Positions 15,878 to 24,809 of a stretch of DNA of 36,469 nucleotides are shown here, piece after piece (the first letter of the stretch is position 1; every line of letters starts with the position of its first letter). A program made the translations under genes and the position numbers. The stretch comes from an uncultured Bacilli bacterium (lineage in GTDB: Bacteria; Bacillota_I; Bacilli_A; RF39; UBA660), in assembly GCA_947591175.1 (NCBI GenBank), contig CANQDB010000001.1, positions 1 through 36,469 on the forward strand, in the 5' to 3' direction. The notes below the pieces were generated by a model. The model was not told the origin of the DNA and ran no database searches. It saw nothing but the letters and a program-made list of their open reading frames with translations.

Positions 15878-17860
15878 TTAAAAAGTTCCCTTAATTTTTT
15901 TGACAATGGAATCTATATCCATCTGATAATTTTTTAAGATATCATCCCTCTTACCACTAGCTCCAAAAGAGTTAACAGTAATTAAGTATTTATCGTTATA
16001 GACAAAGGAATACCACGAGTAAGAAGAAGACGCTTCAATAACAAAAGTTTTAATGGTTGGTGGCAATACACTTTCTTGATACTCTTGTTTTTGTTTCCGA
16101 AAGCGTTCGATCGAAGGCATACTTACAACACGTAAGTCAATTCCTTGGTCTTTTAGTATTTGTCTTGCTTCGATTGCTAGAGCCAACTCTTCACCTGTCG
16201 CAATGATGACACCTTGTAAATATTGTTCTTCTGAAATAACTATATAGCCACCTTTATCAACTTCGTTAACATTAGTACATGGTTGAATTGGTACCTTATT
16301 CCGTCCTAAAATAATTGTGGCCGGTCCATCTTTCTTATTAAGAACTGTCTTGTAAGTACCTATTACTTCGTTAGCATCCGCAGGCCTGAATACTTCGAAA
16401 TTAGGAGTTGCTCGTAAAGAGATAAGTTGTTCAACTGGCTCGTGGGTTGGACCATCTTCCCCGACTGCAATAGAGTCATGAGTCAAAATATATATAACTG
16501 GCAAGTTCATTAAGGCACTCATTCTAAGTGCTGGTTTCAAATAATCCATAAACACTAAGAAAGTCGAGGCAAAAGGACGTAAGCCACAAAGACTCAAGCC
16601 ATTTGAGATAGCAGCCATTGCATGTTCTCTTACCCCATAACGAATATTTTTACCGTTTGGATGATCCTTCGTAAAGTCTTCGAACTCTTTTAAATATGTT
16701 TTGTTACTAGTTGCTAAATCGGCACTTCCGCCTAGAAAGAACGGAGTGGATTCCGCAATAGACTGTAACACTTTACCTGATGCGTCTCTTGTCGACTCCA
16801 TACCATCCTCAGGGGCTTCATAAGTAAGATTTATCTTTTTAAAGTCGATGTCTCTTTTCTCTAAAGATGTAAGAAGTGAAAGAGTCTCTTCGTCTAAACT
16901 TTCCTTTTTACTTTGCCAAGTTTTATAAACTGAATCAACTCGTTCATGAATTTGTTTTTGGAAGTCTTCCATTGCTTCTTTCGATATAGCAAAAGGTAAA
17001 TCGTGAAAATTTAATTTTTCTTTTATTTGCGAAATATCTTCTACATCTAATGGTGTACCATGAACAAGTGGAGTTCCTTCATTTTTAGAATACTTGCCAA
17101 TCGTCGTCTTCACTTCGATTAACGTAGGTCTTTTATCTTCTTGTTTGGCATCACTTATAGCCTTGTCGATTGCCCTTATATCTTCGCCATCTTCAACTAA
17201 GATATAGTTCCAGTTCATCGAAAGGAATCTATCTTTAATATTTTCTGTAAATGTCGTATCCGTCTTACTATCAAGAGACACTTTGTTAGAATCATATAAA
17301 ACAATTAAACGGTTTAAACCTAAAGTTCCAGCAAGAGAGGCGGCTTCGTAAGATACTCCTTCCATTAAATCACCATCACCACAAAGGACATAGGTGTAAT
17401 GATCGATTACTTTTTTCTTAAAAAAGGTGCGTAAGTACACTTCACCAATCGCTAACCCGACAGCACTTGCTATTCCTTGTCCTAAAGGTCCAGTTGATAA
17501 GTCAACACCAATTTTTTCATTTAATTCAGGGTGTCCTGGGGTCTTTGAACCAAATTGCCGAAAATCTTTTAAATCTTCAATTGTAAGAGGAAATCCTCCT
17601 AAAAACAAAGTTGCATAAAGCAAAGCTGACCCATGCCCTGCCGATAACACAAATCTATCTCTGTTAATCCAGGCTGGATCATTTGGATTTGCAACTAAAT
17701 GATGAGCATATAACGTATAAATAATAGGGGCTGCTCCTAGTACAATACCAGGATGCCCATTTCCTGCTTCGTTAATCATATCGAGTCCTAGGATACGTAA
17801 CTGATCAACTATTTTCTTTTCATTGATAGTATTTTCACTCTTACCGATAATTGGAAACAT
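15878..17860 (-). CDS. tkt: Transketolase
   Basis: 660 aa with GNGHPG, ThDP motif GDGDLMEG and HDSIAVGEDGPTHEP. Confidence 0.92.
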   Translation of the reverse strand: MFPIIGKSENTINEKKIVDQLRILGLDMINEAGNGHPGIVLGAAPIIYTLYAHHLVANPNDPAWINRDRFVLSAGHGSALLYATLFLGGFPLTIEDLKDFRQFGSKTPGHPELNEKIGVDLSTGPLGQGIASAVGLAIGEVYLRTFFKKKVIDHYTYVLCGDGDLMEGVSYEAASLAGTLGLNRLIVLYDSNKVSLDSKTDTTFTENIKDRFLSMNWNYILVEDGEDIRAIDKAISDAKQEDKRPTLIEVKTTIGKYSKNEGTPLVHGTPLDVEDISQIKEKLNFHDLPFAISKEAMEDFQKQIHERVDSVYKTWQSKKESLDEETLSLLTSLEKRDIDFKKINLTYEAPEDGMESTRDASGKVLQSIAESTPFFLGGSADLATSNKTYLKEFEDFTKDHPNGKNIRYGVREHAMAAISNGLSLCGLRPFASTFLVFMDYLKPALRMSALMNLPVIYILTHDSIAVGEDGPTHEPVEQLISLRATPNFEVFRPADANEVIGTYKTVLNKKDGPATIILGRNKVPIQPCTNVNEVDKGGYIVISEEQYLQGVIIATGEELALAIEARQILKDQGIDLRVVSMPSIERFRKQKQEYQESVLPPTIKTFVIEASSSYSWYSFVYNDKYLITVNSFGASGKRDDILKNYQMDIDSIVKKIKGTF

Positions 17861-17948
17861 CTAACCACTTCTTTCTACTATTTCTATTCTAACCTTATTA
17901 TAGCAAATGACAAAGTTCTACTCAAGATTCCTTGCCACAACTTGACAT

Positions 17949-17973
17949 AGAAAAAAGAGGAACCAATCCTCTT
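17949..17973 (-). terminator. Intrinsic terminator after the 449-aa surface-protein gene
   Basis: AAGAGGA-TTGGT-TCCTCTT followed by TTTT on the minus strand; overlaps the stop codon. Confidence 0.55.
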
Positions 17974-19321
17974 ACTTGTTTTCATCATCGAATAAATCTT
18001 CGATATCATTTAAAATATCCGAGCGATCGACAACAGGTGCTTCGATTGTTTTTTCTAAAAGATCTTCTTCGCTCATATTTTGACTTGCTAAAGGTGAAGT
18101 TTCAACTGTTTCAGTAGGCACTTCCTCTTGAACTTTCTCTATTTCACTTGGAGTAGATTCAACAGAATCTTCTTCGTCCTTTTTCTTCTTAGCTTCTTTT
18201 TTCTCTTTCTTAAGTCTAATTTTTTCTGGATCTCTTGATTTTATAAAGAAGAAGATACCAAGACCCAACATTAATAAAGCAAGTATTGCAAAAACAACAA
18301 TCATTATGTATTTGCCGAAATCATTTTCATCCGAAGAATCGGCTAATACATCTCCAGTACTAGTAATTGATGAAGTATTTGAAGTAGTTTCTTTCCACTC
18401 GCCTTCTTTTAAACGTAACACATTGATAGTATAATCTTGGGTTGCACCAGTTGAATAAGTAACTCTAACTGTTACTGTGTTTTCCCCTACTACTAAATTC
18501 TTATTATTGAGTACTTCAACTGAAGCATAAGGTGAATTAGCCATAGCTCTTACTGTAATTTCCTCTACTTCGTAAGGAATCTTAACCGTATAGTAATAAA
18601 CATCGCTTTGGAAAGCTTCTTCTAAGGCATAACCATCAACTTTTAAGGAATCTAGTTTTACATCAGGATTTTCTCTTGTCACAACAATCGTATACTCTTT
18701 TACTTTATCGTTAGTATCTTTTAATTTAGTCGACACCGTAAAGACGTTACGTCCATCTTTTAAAGTTTTAGTACCGATAGAATCTAAGTTAACAATCGAT
18801 GAATTTTCGTCAGGTGTGGCATTGATTTTAATAACCTTTGTTTCTGGTGGAACAGTTACTGAATAAGTAGTCGTATCCTTATTAAATGCTGGACTTAGTT
18901 TATAGTCATCTAGGGATAATGAAGAAAGATAACTACTTTCTGGAACTGGTTTTTGAGGTTCATTGGAAACCCATACTGCTTTTAAAGTTATATCTTCTGT
19001 CACTTCTTCTAAGAAAGTATAAGTTTTACCATTAAGTTGCCATTCTTTAAAGGTAAAGCCATCTTTCGTAGGATCTTCACTTGGTTTCGCAACTGTTTTA
19101 CCTTTTTCTACTTTTTGAGAATTAACACTACTTCCTCCATCTGTATCAAAAGTAACAGTAAATGTTTCAGTTTCAGGTTCTTCTGGTGAAGCACTAGGGC
19201 TTGGACTTGGATCAGGGGATTCTGTTTCACTTGGACTAGTTGTTGGTTCAGCTAAAACATTATATGGTAAAGTTAATCCTAATATAAGTAAGAAAACTAA
19301 TAAACATTTTAATTTTTTCAT
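17972..19321 (-). CDS. Surface protein: signal peptide, Listeria-Bacteroides (InlB B-type) repeat, two cadherin-like beta-sandwich domains, C-terminal TM and acidic tail
   Basis: TVTFDTDGGSSV...GKTVAKPSEDPTKDGFTFKEWQLNGKTYTF. Two repeats of the form LSSLSL...L.PAF...TTYSVTV. TM helix IMIVVFAILALLMLGLGIFFFI. No LPXTG motif. Confidence 0.75.
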   Translation of the reverse strand: MKKLKCLLVFLLILGLTLPYNVLAEPTTSPSETESPDPSPSPSASPEEPETETFTVTFDTDGGSSVNSQKVEKGKTVAKPSEDPTKDGFTFKEWQLNGKTYTFLEEVTEDITLKAVWVSNEPQKPVPESSYLSSLSLDDYKLSPAFNKDTTTYSVTVPPETKVIKINATPDENSSIVNLDSIGTKTLKDGRNVFTVSTKLKDTNDKVKEYTIVVTRENPDVKLDSLKVDGYALEEAFQSDVYYYTVKIPYEVEEITVRAMANSPYASVEVLNNKNLVVGENTVTVRVTYSTGATQDYTINVLRLKEGEWKETTSNTSSITSTGDVLADSSDENDFGKYIMIVVFAILALLMLGLGIFFFIKSRDPEKIRLKKEKKEAKKKKDEEDSVESTPSEIEKVQEEVPTETVETSPLASQNMSEEDLLEKTIEAPVVDRSDILNDIEDLFDDENK

Positions 19322-19435
19322 TTTACTTCCATCCTATCTTCTCTATTCTTTTTATGTAATTTAAATTATAGCACAAGACCTCTTAAAAGGAAAGATAGGT
19401 TTTGGGAAATTCATAGAAAAAATTATTTAAAATTA

Positions 19436-19464
19436 TTGAAATAAAATTTAGAATATGTTATTAT
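19436..19464 (+). promoter_or_regulatory. Promoter of the tRNA pair: TTGAAA, 17 nt, TGtTATTAT
   Basis: TTGAAA 19436-19441, 17-nt spacer, extended -10, TATTAT 19459-19464, 12 nt before the tRNA 5' end. Confidence 0.55.
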
Positions 19465-19475
19465 TAAAAAGCAAT

Positions 19476-19552
19476 GGACCCTTAGCTCAGTTGGTTAGAG
19501 CATTCGGCTCATAACCGAGCGGTCATAGGTTCGAGTCCTATAGGGTCCACCA
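19476..19552 (+). tRNA. tRNA with CAT anticodon, Met or lysidine-modified Ile2
   Basis: Cloverleaf GGACCCT/AGGGTCC acceptor, anticodon loop CTCATAA, TTCGAGT T-loop, encoded CCA. Not initiator-like. The body resembles Ile2(CAU) tRNAs. Confidence 0.9.
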
Positions 19553-19559
19553 CATATAT

Positions 19560-19643
19560 GCGGGTATGGCGGAACTGGCAGACGCACTAGACTTAGAATC
19601 TAGCGCCTATGGCGTGCAGGTTCAACTCCTGTTACCCGCACCA
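19560..19643 (+). tRNA. tRNA-Leu (TAG anticodon)
   Basis: GCGGGTA/TACCCGC acceptor, anticodon loop CTTAGAA, long variable arm, encoded CCA. Confidence 0.9.
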
Positions 19644-19654
19644 GATTGATTGAT

Positions 19655-19684
19655 ACTCGGACTTTTATAGTTCGAGTTTTATTG
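19655..19684 (+). terminator. Intrinsic terminator after the tRNA pair
   Basis: ACTCGGAC-TTTTATA-GTTCGAGT followed by TTTTATT. Confidence 0.6.
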
Positions 19685-19730
19685 TTTAATAATATTTGAT
19701 AAAATAATTTTAGTAATTAAGGGGGTAAAC

Positions 19731-20127
19731 ATGAAAAAAGAGTTAATCAAAACAGAAATAGATGTAAATAACAATAAAATAGGTATTTTAAGAATTGGTG
19801 ATACTGACTATATATCATTAACTTATTTAGTTAAGTATTCTAATACTAAAAATACACTAGATGAACAATAAAGGAACATTTGATTATATAAAATTATGTG
19901 AACAATTGAATAATGATTTTTTTAATTTAACGGGATTCCGTGAAATTAAAAACAATGAAGTTGTTTATCTATCATTTACTTTAAGTCCAAAAAAATGAAT
20001 TTATAGGACAAATGCCATAGAAATATATTCTAAAGTTGTAAAATATAGCATATGAACATTTGCCAATTTAGAAAACACATTTCATATTGCCAAGATTAAT
20101 GTATGGAGAATAGCAAATATATTTTAG
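19731..20127 (+). pseudogene. Decayed KilA-N domain gene
   Basis: RBS AAGGGGG + ATG gives ...IGILRIGDTDYISLTYLVKYS then stops at 19871. The homologous frame resumes at +1 (19861 on): FDYIKLCEQLNN...LSPKK*IYRTNAIEIYSK...*TFAN, with in-frame TGA at 19996 and 20053 and TAG at 20125. Confidence 0.65.
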
Positions 20128-20282
20128 CATGGTACACTAATACTGAGAAAGCAATAATTCTCATTCAAATGTGAATACGTAACAGAGATGTTATAACCTA
20201 TTAGAATCGTAAAATTAAATAATAAAAATTTCAAAGGTGTCGAATTCGACGCGTTTAAAAATGAAATTAGTAGTAATAAATT

Positions 20283-20306
20283 TCGGATTTTTTAATCCGA
20301 TTTTTT
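20283..20306 (+). terminator. Intrinsic terminator at the end of the decayed region
   Basis: TCGGATT-TTTT-AATCCGA followed by TTTTTT. Confidence 0.55.
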
Positions 20307-20396
20307 CTTGGTAAAAATTGGATAATATTTTTTTGAAATTTGTATTGACGAACATTCGTTTTATATTGTATGATGTTTTTGCAAAGGAGGTTTTGT

Positions 20397-21239
20397 ATGA
20401 ATCAAAACAAATTAGAAACTCTTTCAAATCTATTTGAAGGAAAAGAAATTAGAAGTATTTGGGATAGTGAAAAAGAAGATTACTATTTCAGTGTCGTGGA
20501 TGTTATTGCAGCTTTGACCGACAGTGTTGAGCCAAGAAAATACTGGTCTGTATTAAAGAATAGACTTAAAAAAGAAGGTAGTGAACTGACTACAAAATGT
20601 AGTCAGTTGAAAATGAAGGCACCAGATGGAAAGATAAGATTAAGAGATGCTTTAGACACTAAAGGAATACTAAGATTAATTGAATCCGTCCCTAGTCCTA
20701 AAGCAGAACCATTTAAATTATGGCTTGCTAATCTAGGAAGTGAAAGAATCGATGAAGTATTTGACCCTGAGATTGCTATCAAAAGAGCAATCAACTATTA
20801 TCGTAAAAGAGGCTACTCCGATAAATGGATTGAAGCAAGATTAAAAGGCATACTAGATAGAAATAAACTAACAGACGTTTGGAAAGATTGTGGCATCACT
20901 GAAAACTGTGAATTTGGAATTTTAACTAATGAAATATATAAAGAATGGTCTGGCATGAAGGCAAACGAATATAAAGAATTTAAAGGGCTTCACAAGGAAT
21001 CTTTAAGAGATAACATGTCAGATATTGAAATAGCACTTACCGATTTAGGTGAACTTGCAACTAGAGAACTTGCCAAAGAACATAAACCATTTGGCCTAGA
21101 ACAAAATAAAGAAATTGCCAAGATGGGTGGCAACGTTTCGAAAGTAGCAAGAGAAAACTTAGAAGAAAAACTTGGCAAATCTATAATCGACAACAAAAAC
21201 AAACTTAATTACCAATACCTAGAAGAAAAGAAAAAATAA
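20397..21239 (+). CDS. Bro-N domain protein (phage antirepressor / DinD-like family)
   Basis: FEGKEIRSIWDSEKEDYYFSVVDVIAALT is Bro-N-like. RBS AAGGAGG lies 6 nt before the ATG at 20397, and TTGACG/TATGAT promoter-like boxes lie at about 20344-20372. Confidence 0.75.
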   Translation: MNQNKLETLSNLFEGKEIRSIWDSEKEDYYFSVVDVIAALTDSVEPRKYWSVLKNRLKKEGSELTTKCSQLKMKAPDGKIRLRDALDTKGILRLIESVPSPKAEPFKLWLANLGSERIDEVFDPEIAIKRAINYYRKRGYSDKWIEARLKGILDRNKLTDVWKDCGITENCEFGILTNEIYKEWSGMKANEYKEFKGLHKESLRDNMSDIEIALTDLGELATRELAKEHKPFGLEQNKEIAKMGGNVSKVARENLEEKLGKSIIDNKNKLNYQYLEEKKK

Positions 21240-21246
21240 AAGGGAG

Positions 21247-23562
21247 TTACCAAGAACCCCCTCCTCCTCCACCGGAGCCACCGCCAGAAGAACCTCCTCC
21301 AGATGAACCGCCACCACTACTGGAATCACTAGATGGACTCGACATCATAGCTGCTTGAGCAGAAACAACTGTAGAATTCATAAACAAACCGAAAGATAGA
21401 ACATCAAAAGCATCTGGACTATCATACCAAGTTGGAGCTTCTAACGCTATAGTCTCAAACTTTTTAATCCAAGTATCTGAAACACCTAAGACATAAGTAT
21501 ATGGCAAGATATCATAAAAGTATGTAGGATTCTTGGTAACCATGGCCTCTAATTTATCTTTTTCAGCTGTTTCTAAGAAATTCTTAAAGCCACGTAATTT
21601 CCCTAATATTTTATTACCATATTTAGTTCGTTTGGAAATATTTATTAAGCAAAGAAGCATTCCAACAATACAACCAAGACCGATAATATAAAAATATAAA
21701 TAGAACAAATCTTGTAGTAAAGTTGGAAGAACAATAATTAACCATGGAATGCCACCGAACATTACTCCCCATAGGATTAAAAATATTTTTGTTATCTTCA
21801 AAGCTAGTGAACCAGCTCCAGAAGAAACTTTATATTGGCTACCAAATAAGCCTAAAAACATAATACCAAAACCAATACTTGGAAATAAAAGAGCAAAAAT
21901 AAGGCTTCCTGCAAAACCATAAGTCATAACTGGTGGAATAGTAATCAAACAATAAGAAGCGATCATCATCAAAATAATAAATATCGATTTACCTGTCGAA
22001 GATTTTTCGATTATTTTATTCTTATTCTCCTTAGTATTCATATTTGTTAAAATTTCTCTTACCGTAAGATAAAAACTATTGTGTAGTTCCGCTTGAGTAA
22101 CTGAAATTTCAGTATCATCGGACGAAGCTACATGATTTTTAAATAAGCCACTTAAAAATAATCTTTCACTAGCATTATCGCCATCGTAATCCTTTAACTT
22201 CGTTATTTTAAAGTCTTTAGCTTTAGAGAACAAATACTTCCCTTCTATTTCAGAAATCTTTATATATCCTTTGTTAGCTAAATAGATGAGCAAAGAGACA
22301 ACATCTTGACTGGTAGCATTTCCCTTATACAAAAAACCGACTTCTAAACTATTGAAACCTTTAGGTGGATAAAACTCGACTGTTTCGATAACATGATCAT
22401 CACGGCCGAACTTAAACCACAAGAAAATGGATATTAACAAAAACACGATAGGAACTAAAAACGGAAGATACTCCACTATATTGAATCTAAGTCCCGCATT
22501 AACGAAGTAGCCATCTTCAAGTTCCAAGCGGATAGTTACACCTTCGCCTACTCCAAGAATTCCGTCATAACTACCAGTTATAGTCTTGCCATTTACTTTA
22601 TATTTAACATTTTCATGAGAAGTAGAACCTACTAGTCCCGAAGAAAAACCTAATTTGGAAGAATCAATATCCATAGGCATCTTAATTGTAAAAGTTACAT
22701 TACCGATAACTGTATCCCAATCAGTACCGATGATATTGTAATATAACTCATCGTAGTCTGGCATAGGATCTTTTCCTAGATTATAAGTGTATTCGATAAC
22801 GTAAGTCTTTTCACCTGTTAAGGTTTCGCTAGCCGAACCTATTTTTATTTTGTAATTATCATTTTCCCTTGAGGTGGTATATTCTTCATTTACTTTCAAA
22901 TTATATATTTGAGTCCTATTTATAGATGAAGTACCATCGAGTCTCGTAATATTATTCTTCAAAGGAATAGTTCGATATATACCATGTTTAGGAGTATTAA
23001 AATAAGCAGTAATAGTCTCTTTTACATCTAAAGTGTTATTCAAATTAACAACTATATCTATATCATATTTATCGATAACGTAATCAAGAGATTGATACTG
23101 AGGATTTTCACTAGGAGGAACACTTTCATCAACTATTGAATCATATTCGACAATTAATCGATAATAAAGTATTTCGTCAACCTCACGACCATTTAAATCA
23201 CTAGAATTAGACATTATATTTAAGTCGTTTATTCCAACATTTGCCGAACTTGTACTAGATTTCTGAAGCATTAAATTATGGTTAGAGTCATAGTAATTTA
23301 TTGTTATTTTATAGTTGATTGTATCTTTACTTTCATTAACTGCTATACCAGTAATACCAAAAGTTTTTGTCGAAGTTAAAGAATAATTACTAAAAGCAAT
23401 ATTTAAAAATGATAAGTCTTCAACCACAAAGGAATAATTTCTACTATAAATATCAATATACGAAGATTGCTTCGACGCAGCTAAAACACTTTGAGGAGAA
23501 CTAAATAAAAATGATATTAAAAGTAAAACAATTAATACTATCCCCTTAATATACTTTTTCAT
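21247..23562 (-). CDS. DUF2207 domain membrane protein
   Basis: Signal peptide, large extracellular N-domain, central and C-terminal TM clusters, terminal Gly/Ser tail SSGGGSSGGGSSGGGSGGGGGGSW. Directly downstream of lemA. Confidence 0.8.
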   Translation of the reverse strand: MKKYIKGIVLIVLLLISFLFSSPQSVLAASKQSSYIDIYSRNYSFVVEDLSFLNIAFSNYSLTSTKTFGITGIAVNESKDTINYKITINYYDSNHNLMLQKSSTSSANVGINDLNIMSNSSDLNGREVDEILYYRLIVEYDSIVDESVPPSENPQYQSLDYVIDKYDIDIVVNLNNTLDVKETITAYFNTPKHGIYRTIPLKNNITRLDGTSSINRTQIYNLKVNEEYTTSRENDNYKIKIGSASETLTGEKTYVIEYTYNLGKDPMPDYDELYYNIIGTDWDTVIGNVTFTIKMPMDIDSSKLGFSSGLVGSTSHENVKYKVNGKTITGSYDGILGVGEGVTIRLELEDGYFVNAGLRFNIVEYLPFLVPIVFLLISIFLWFKFGRDDHVIETVEFYPPKGFNSLEVGFLYKGNATSQDVVSLLIYLANKGYIKISEIEGKYLFSKAKDFKITKLKDYDGDNASERLFLSGLFKNHVASSDDTEISVTQAELHNSFYLTVREILTNMNTKENKNKIIEKSSTGKSIFIILMMIASYCLITIPPVMTYGFAGSLIFALLFPSIGFGIMFLGLFGSQYKVSSGAGSLALKITKIFLILWGVMFGGIPWLIIVLPTLLQDLFYLYFYIIGLGCIVGMLLCLINISKRTKYGNKILGKLRGFKNFLETAEKDKLEAMVTKNPTYFYDILPYTYVLGVSDTWIKKFETIALEAPTWYDSPDAFDVLSFGLFMNSTVVSAQAAMMSSPSSDSSSGGGSSGGGSSGGGSGGGGGGSW

Positions 23563-23574
23563 GAATACCCTCCA

Positions 23575-24123
23575 TTACAATTTAACATCGACATTTTCGC
23601 GTTCGGCATTTTCAACTTGAAACATCGACTTCACTTTAAAACCAAACATTTTAGCTATGATATTACTAGGAAACATTTGAACTTTATTATTGTAGATACG
23701 AACTGTACCATTATAATATTTTCTAGCATTGGCAATATCTTCTTCGGCTTTTGATAGTTGGCTACTCAAGTCTTTAAAATTATCGCTAGCCTTTAAATCT
23801 GGATAAGCCTCGGATAGAGCCATTATTTTAGGAATACCAGAAGATAATTCGACGTTTGTTTTGATTTTTTCATCGTCCGACATTTTATCATAGACACTAT
23901 TGCGAAGTTCCGTAACTTTTTCGATTGTTTCCTTTTCATGCTTAGCATATCCTTTTACGACATCGACAATATTGGGAATTAAATCCCATCTTTTTTTCAA
24001 ATAGACGTCCATTGTCGAAAAAGCCTCTTTTACTCTATTATTCAATTGCACAAGTTTATTATAGGTAACAAATAAGAATACTAAAATAACGATAACAATA
24101 GCTAAAATTATATATAACCACAT
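23575..24123 (-). CDS. lemA: LemA family protein
   Basis: N-terminal TM helix, then YNKLVQLNNRVKEAFSTMDVYLKKRWDLIPN and ARKYYNGTVRIYNNKVQMFPSN. The ATG at 24123 has RBS GTGAGGTG. Confidence 0.88.
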   Translation of the reverse strand: MWLYIILAIVIVILVFLFVTYNKLVQLNNRVKEAFSTMDVYLKKRWDLIPNIVDVVKGYAKHEKETIEKVTELRNSVYDKMSDDEKIKTNVELSSGIPKIMALSEAYPDLKASDNFKDLSSQLSKAEEDIANARKYYNGTVRIYNNKVQMFPSNIIAKMFGFKVKSMFQVENAERENVDVKL

Positions 24124-24193
24124 GACGAACACCTCACTATTACAATGATATCATAACTTACCAAATTCTTTTTCATTTTTTTAAAAAAAGTCA

Positions 24194-24226
24194 CAAAAAA
24201 AAGCCTTAGTTCAGGCAACTAGGCTT
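24194..24226 (-). terminator. Intrinsic terminator after the 139-aa gene
   Basis: AGCCTAGTT-GCCTG-AACTAAGGCT followed by T8 on the minus strand. Confidence 0.65.
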
Positions 24227-24227
24227 C

Positions 24228-24647
24228 TTATTTTTGTAACATATTTAATAAATTAACTTTAAACATATCTTTTTCAGGATTACTCTTAGAAATCATGACA
24301 CCTTTATAAGTACTTAACTCAGCACGATGTCCTTCTTCTAAGATACCATCTGGCGTAATGTTCGTAAGTAAAATAATCTTCTTATCTTCGTAAACCGTAT
24401 AATGAAGAATAATTTCACCGTGAACTTTAGCAAACAACTCATCCGTTGGTAACTTTAATTCGTAAGACTTAGTATTCTCTTTCTTAGATACAGAAACTAA
24501 CTTACCTAAAAAAGTACCATTTCTTAACGAAGGATAGTATTCGAAAGTCAATTTCTTGTAGGCAAGCATATTGTACTTACGAACTGATCTTTCTTTCTTA
24601 CGGAAATCGTTTTCATTTAAATACTCGAATATATAAGATTGTTTCAT
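24228..24647 (-). CDS. Hypothetical protein (139 aa)
   Basis: ORF with the ATG at 24647, 9 nt after AAGAGG. It has its own consensus promoter and terminator. No family recognised. Confidence 0.6.
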   Translation of the reverse strand: MKQSYIFEYLNENDFRKKERSVRKYNMLAYKKLTFEYYPSLRNGTFLGKLVSVSKKENTKSYELKLPTDELFAKVHGEIILHYTVYEDKKIILLTNITPDGILEEGHRAELSTYKGVMISKSNPEKDMFKVNLLNMLQK

Positions 24648-24714
24648 ATTATTCAACCTCTTTCCCCTTCTTGATTAACCCCTATATTACCATCAAGTGT
24701 CTAAATTATAGCAT

Positions 24715-24743
24715 ATTTTTAAGAAAAAGTCAAATATTTTTTT
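24715..24743 (-). promoter_or_regulatory. Consensus sigma-A-type promoter: TTGACT, 17 nt, TATAAT
   Basis: Minus strand TTGACT (24738-24743), 17-nt spacer, TATAAT (24715-24720). Confidence 0.6.
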
Positions 24744-24809
24744 CATTCTATCATATGCATCTTTTAAATTATAATAACTAAAAATTTGAAAGAAAAAGAG
24801 GAAACTCCC

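Noticed and set aside
19996-20055. TGA read as Trp (genetic code 4) because a TGA in the KilA-N remnant falls at a conserved Trp position
   Set aside because: All housekeeping ORFs are intact under the standard code, use TGG for Trp, and TGA serves as a real stop (for example 31133-31135). The region also has a frameshift and a TAG stop, so it is a decaying pseudogene. Transfer from a code-4 donor would be pure speculation.
20215-20427. 70-aa minus-strand ORF and the perfect palindrome GTCGAATTCGAC (20238-20249) in the island remnant, considered as a gene and an att site
   Set aside because: The ORF overlaps the Bro-N promoter and RBS and has no signals of its own. The palindrome has no partner copy and no adjacent recombinase.
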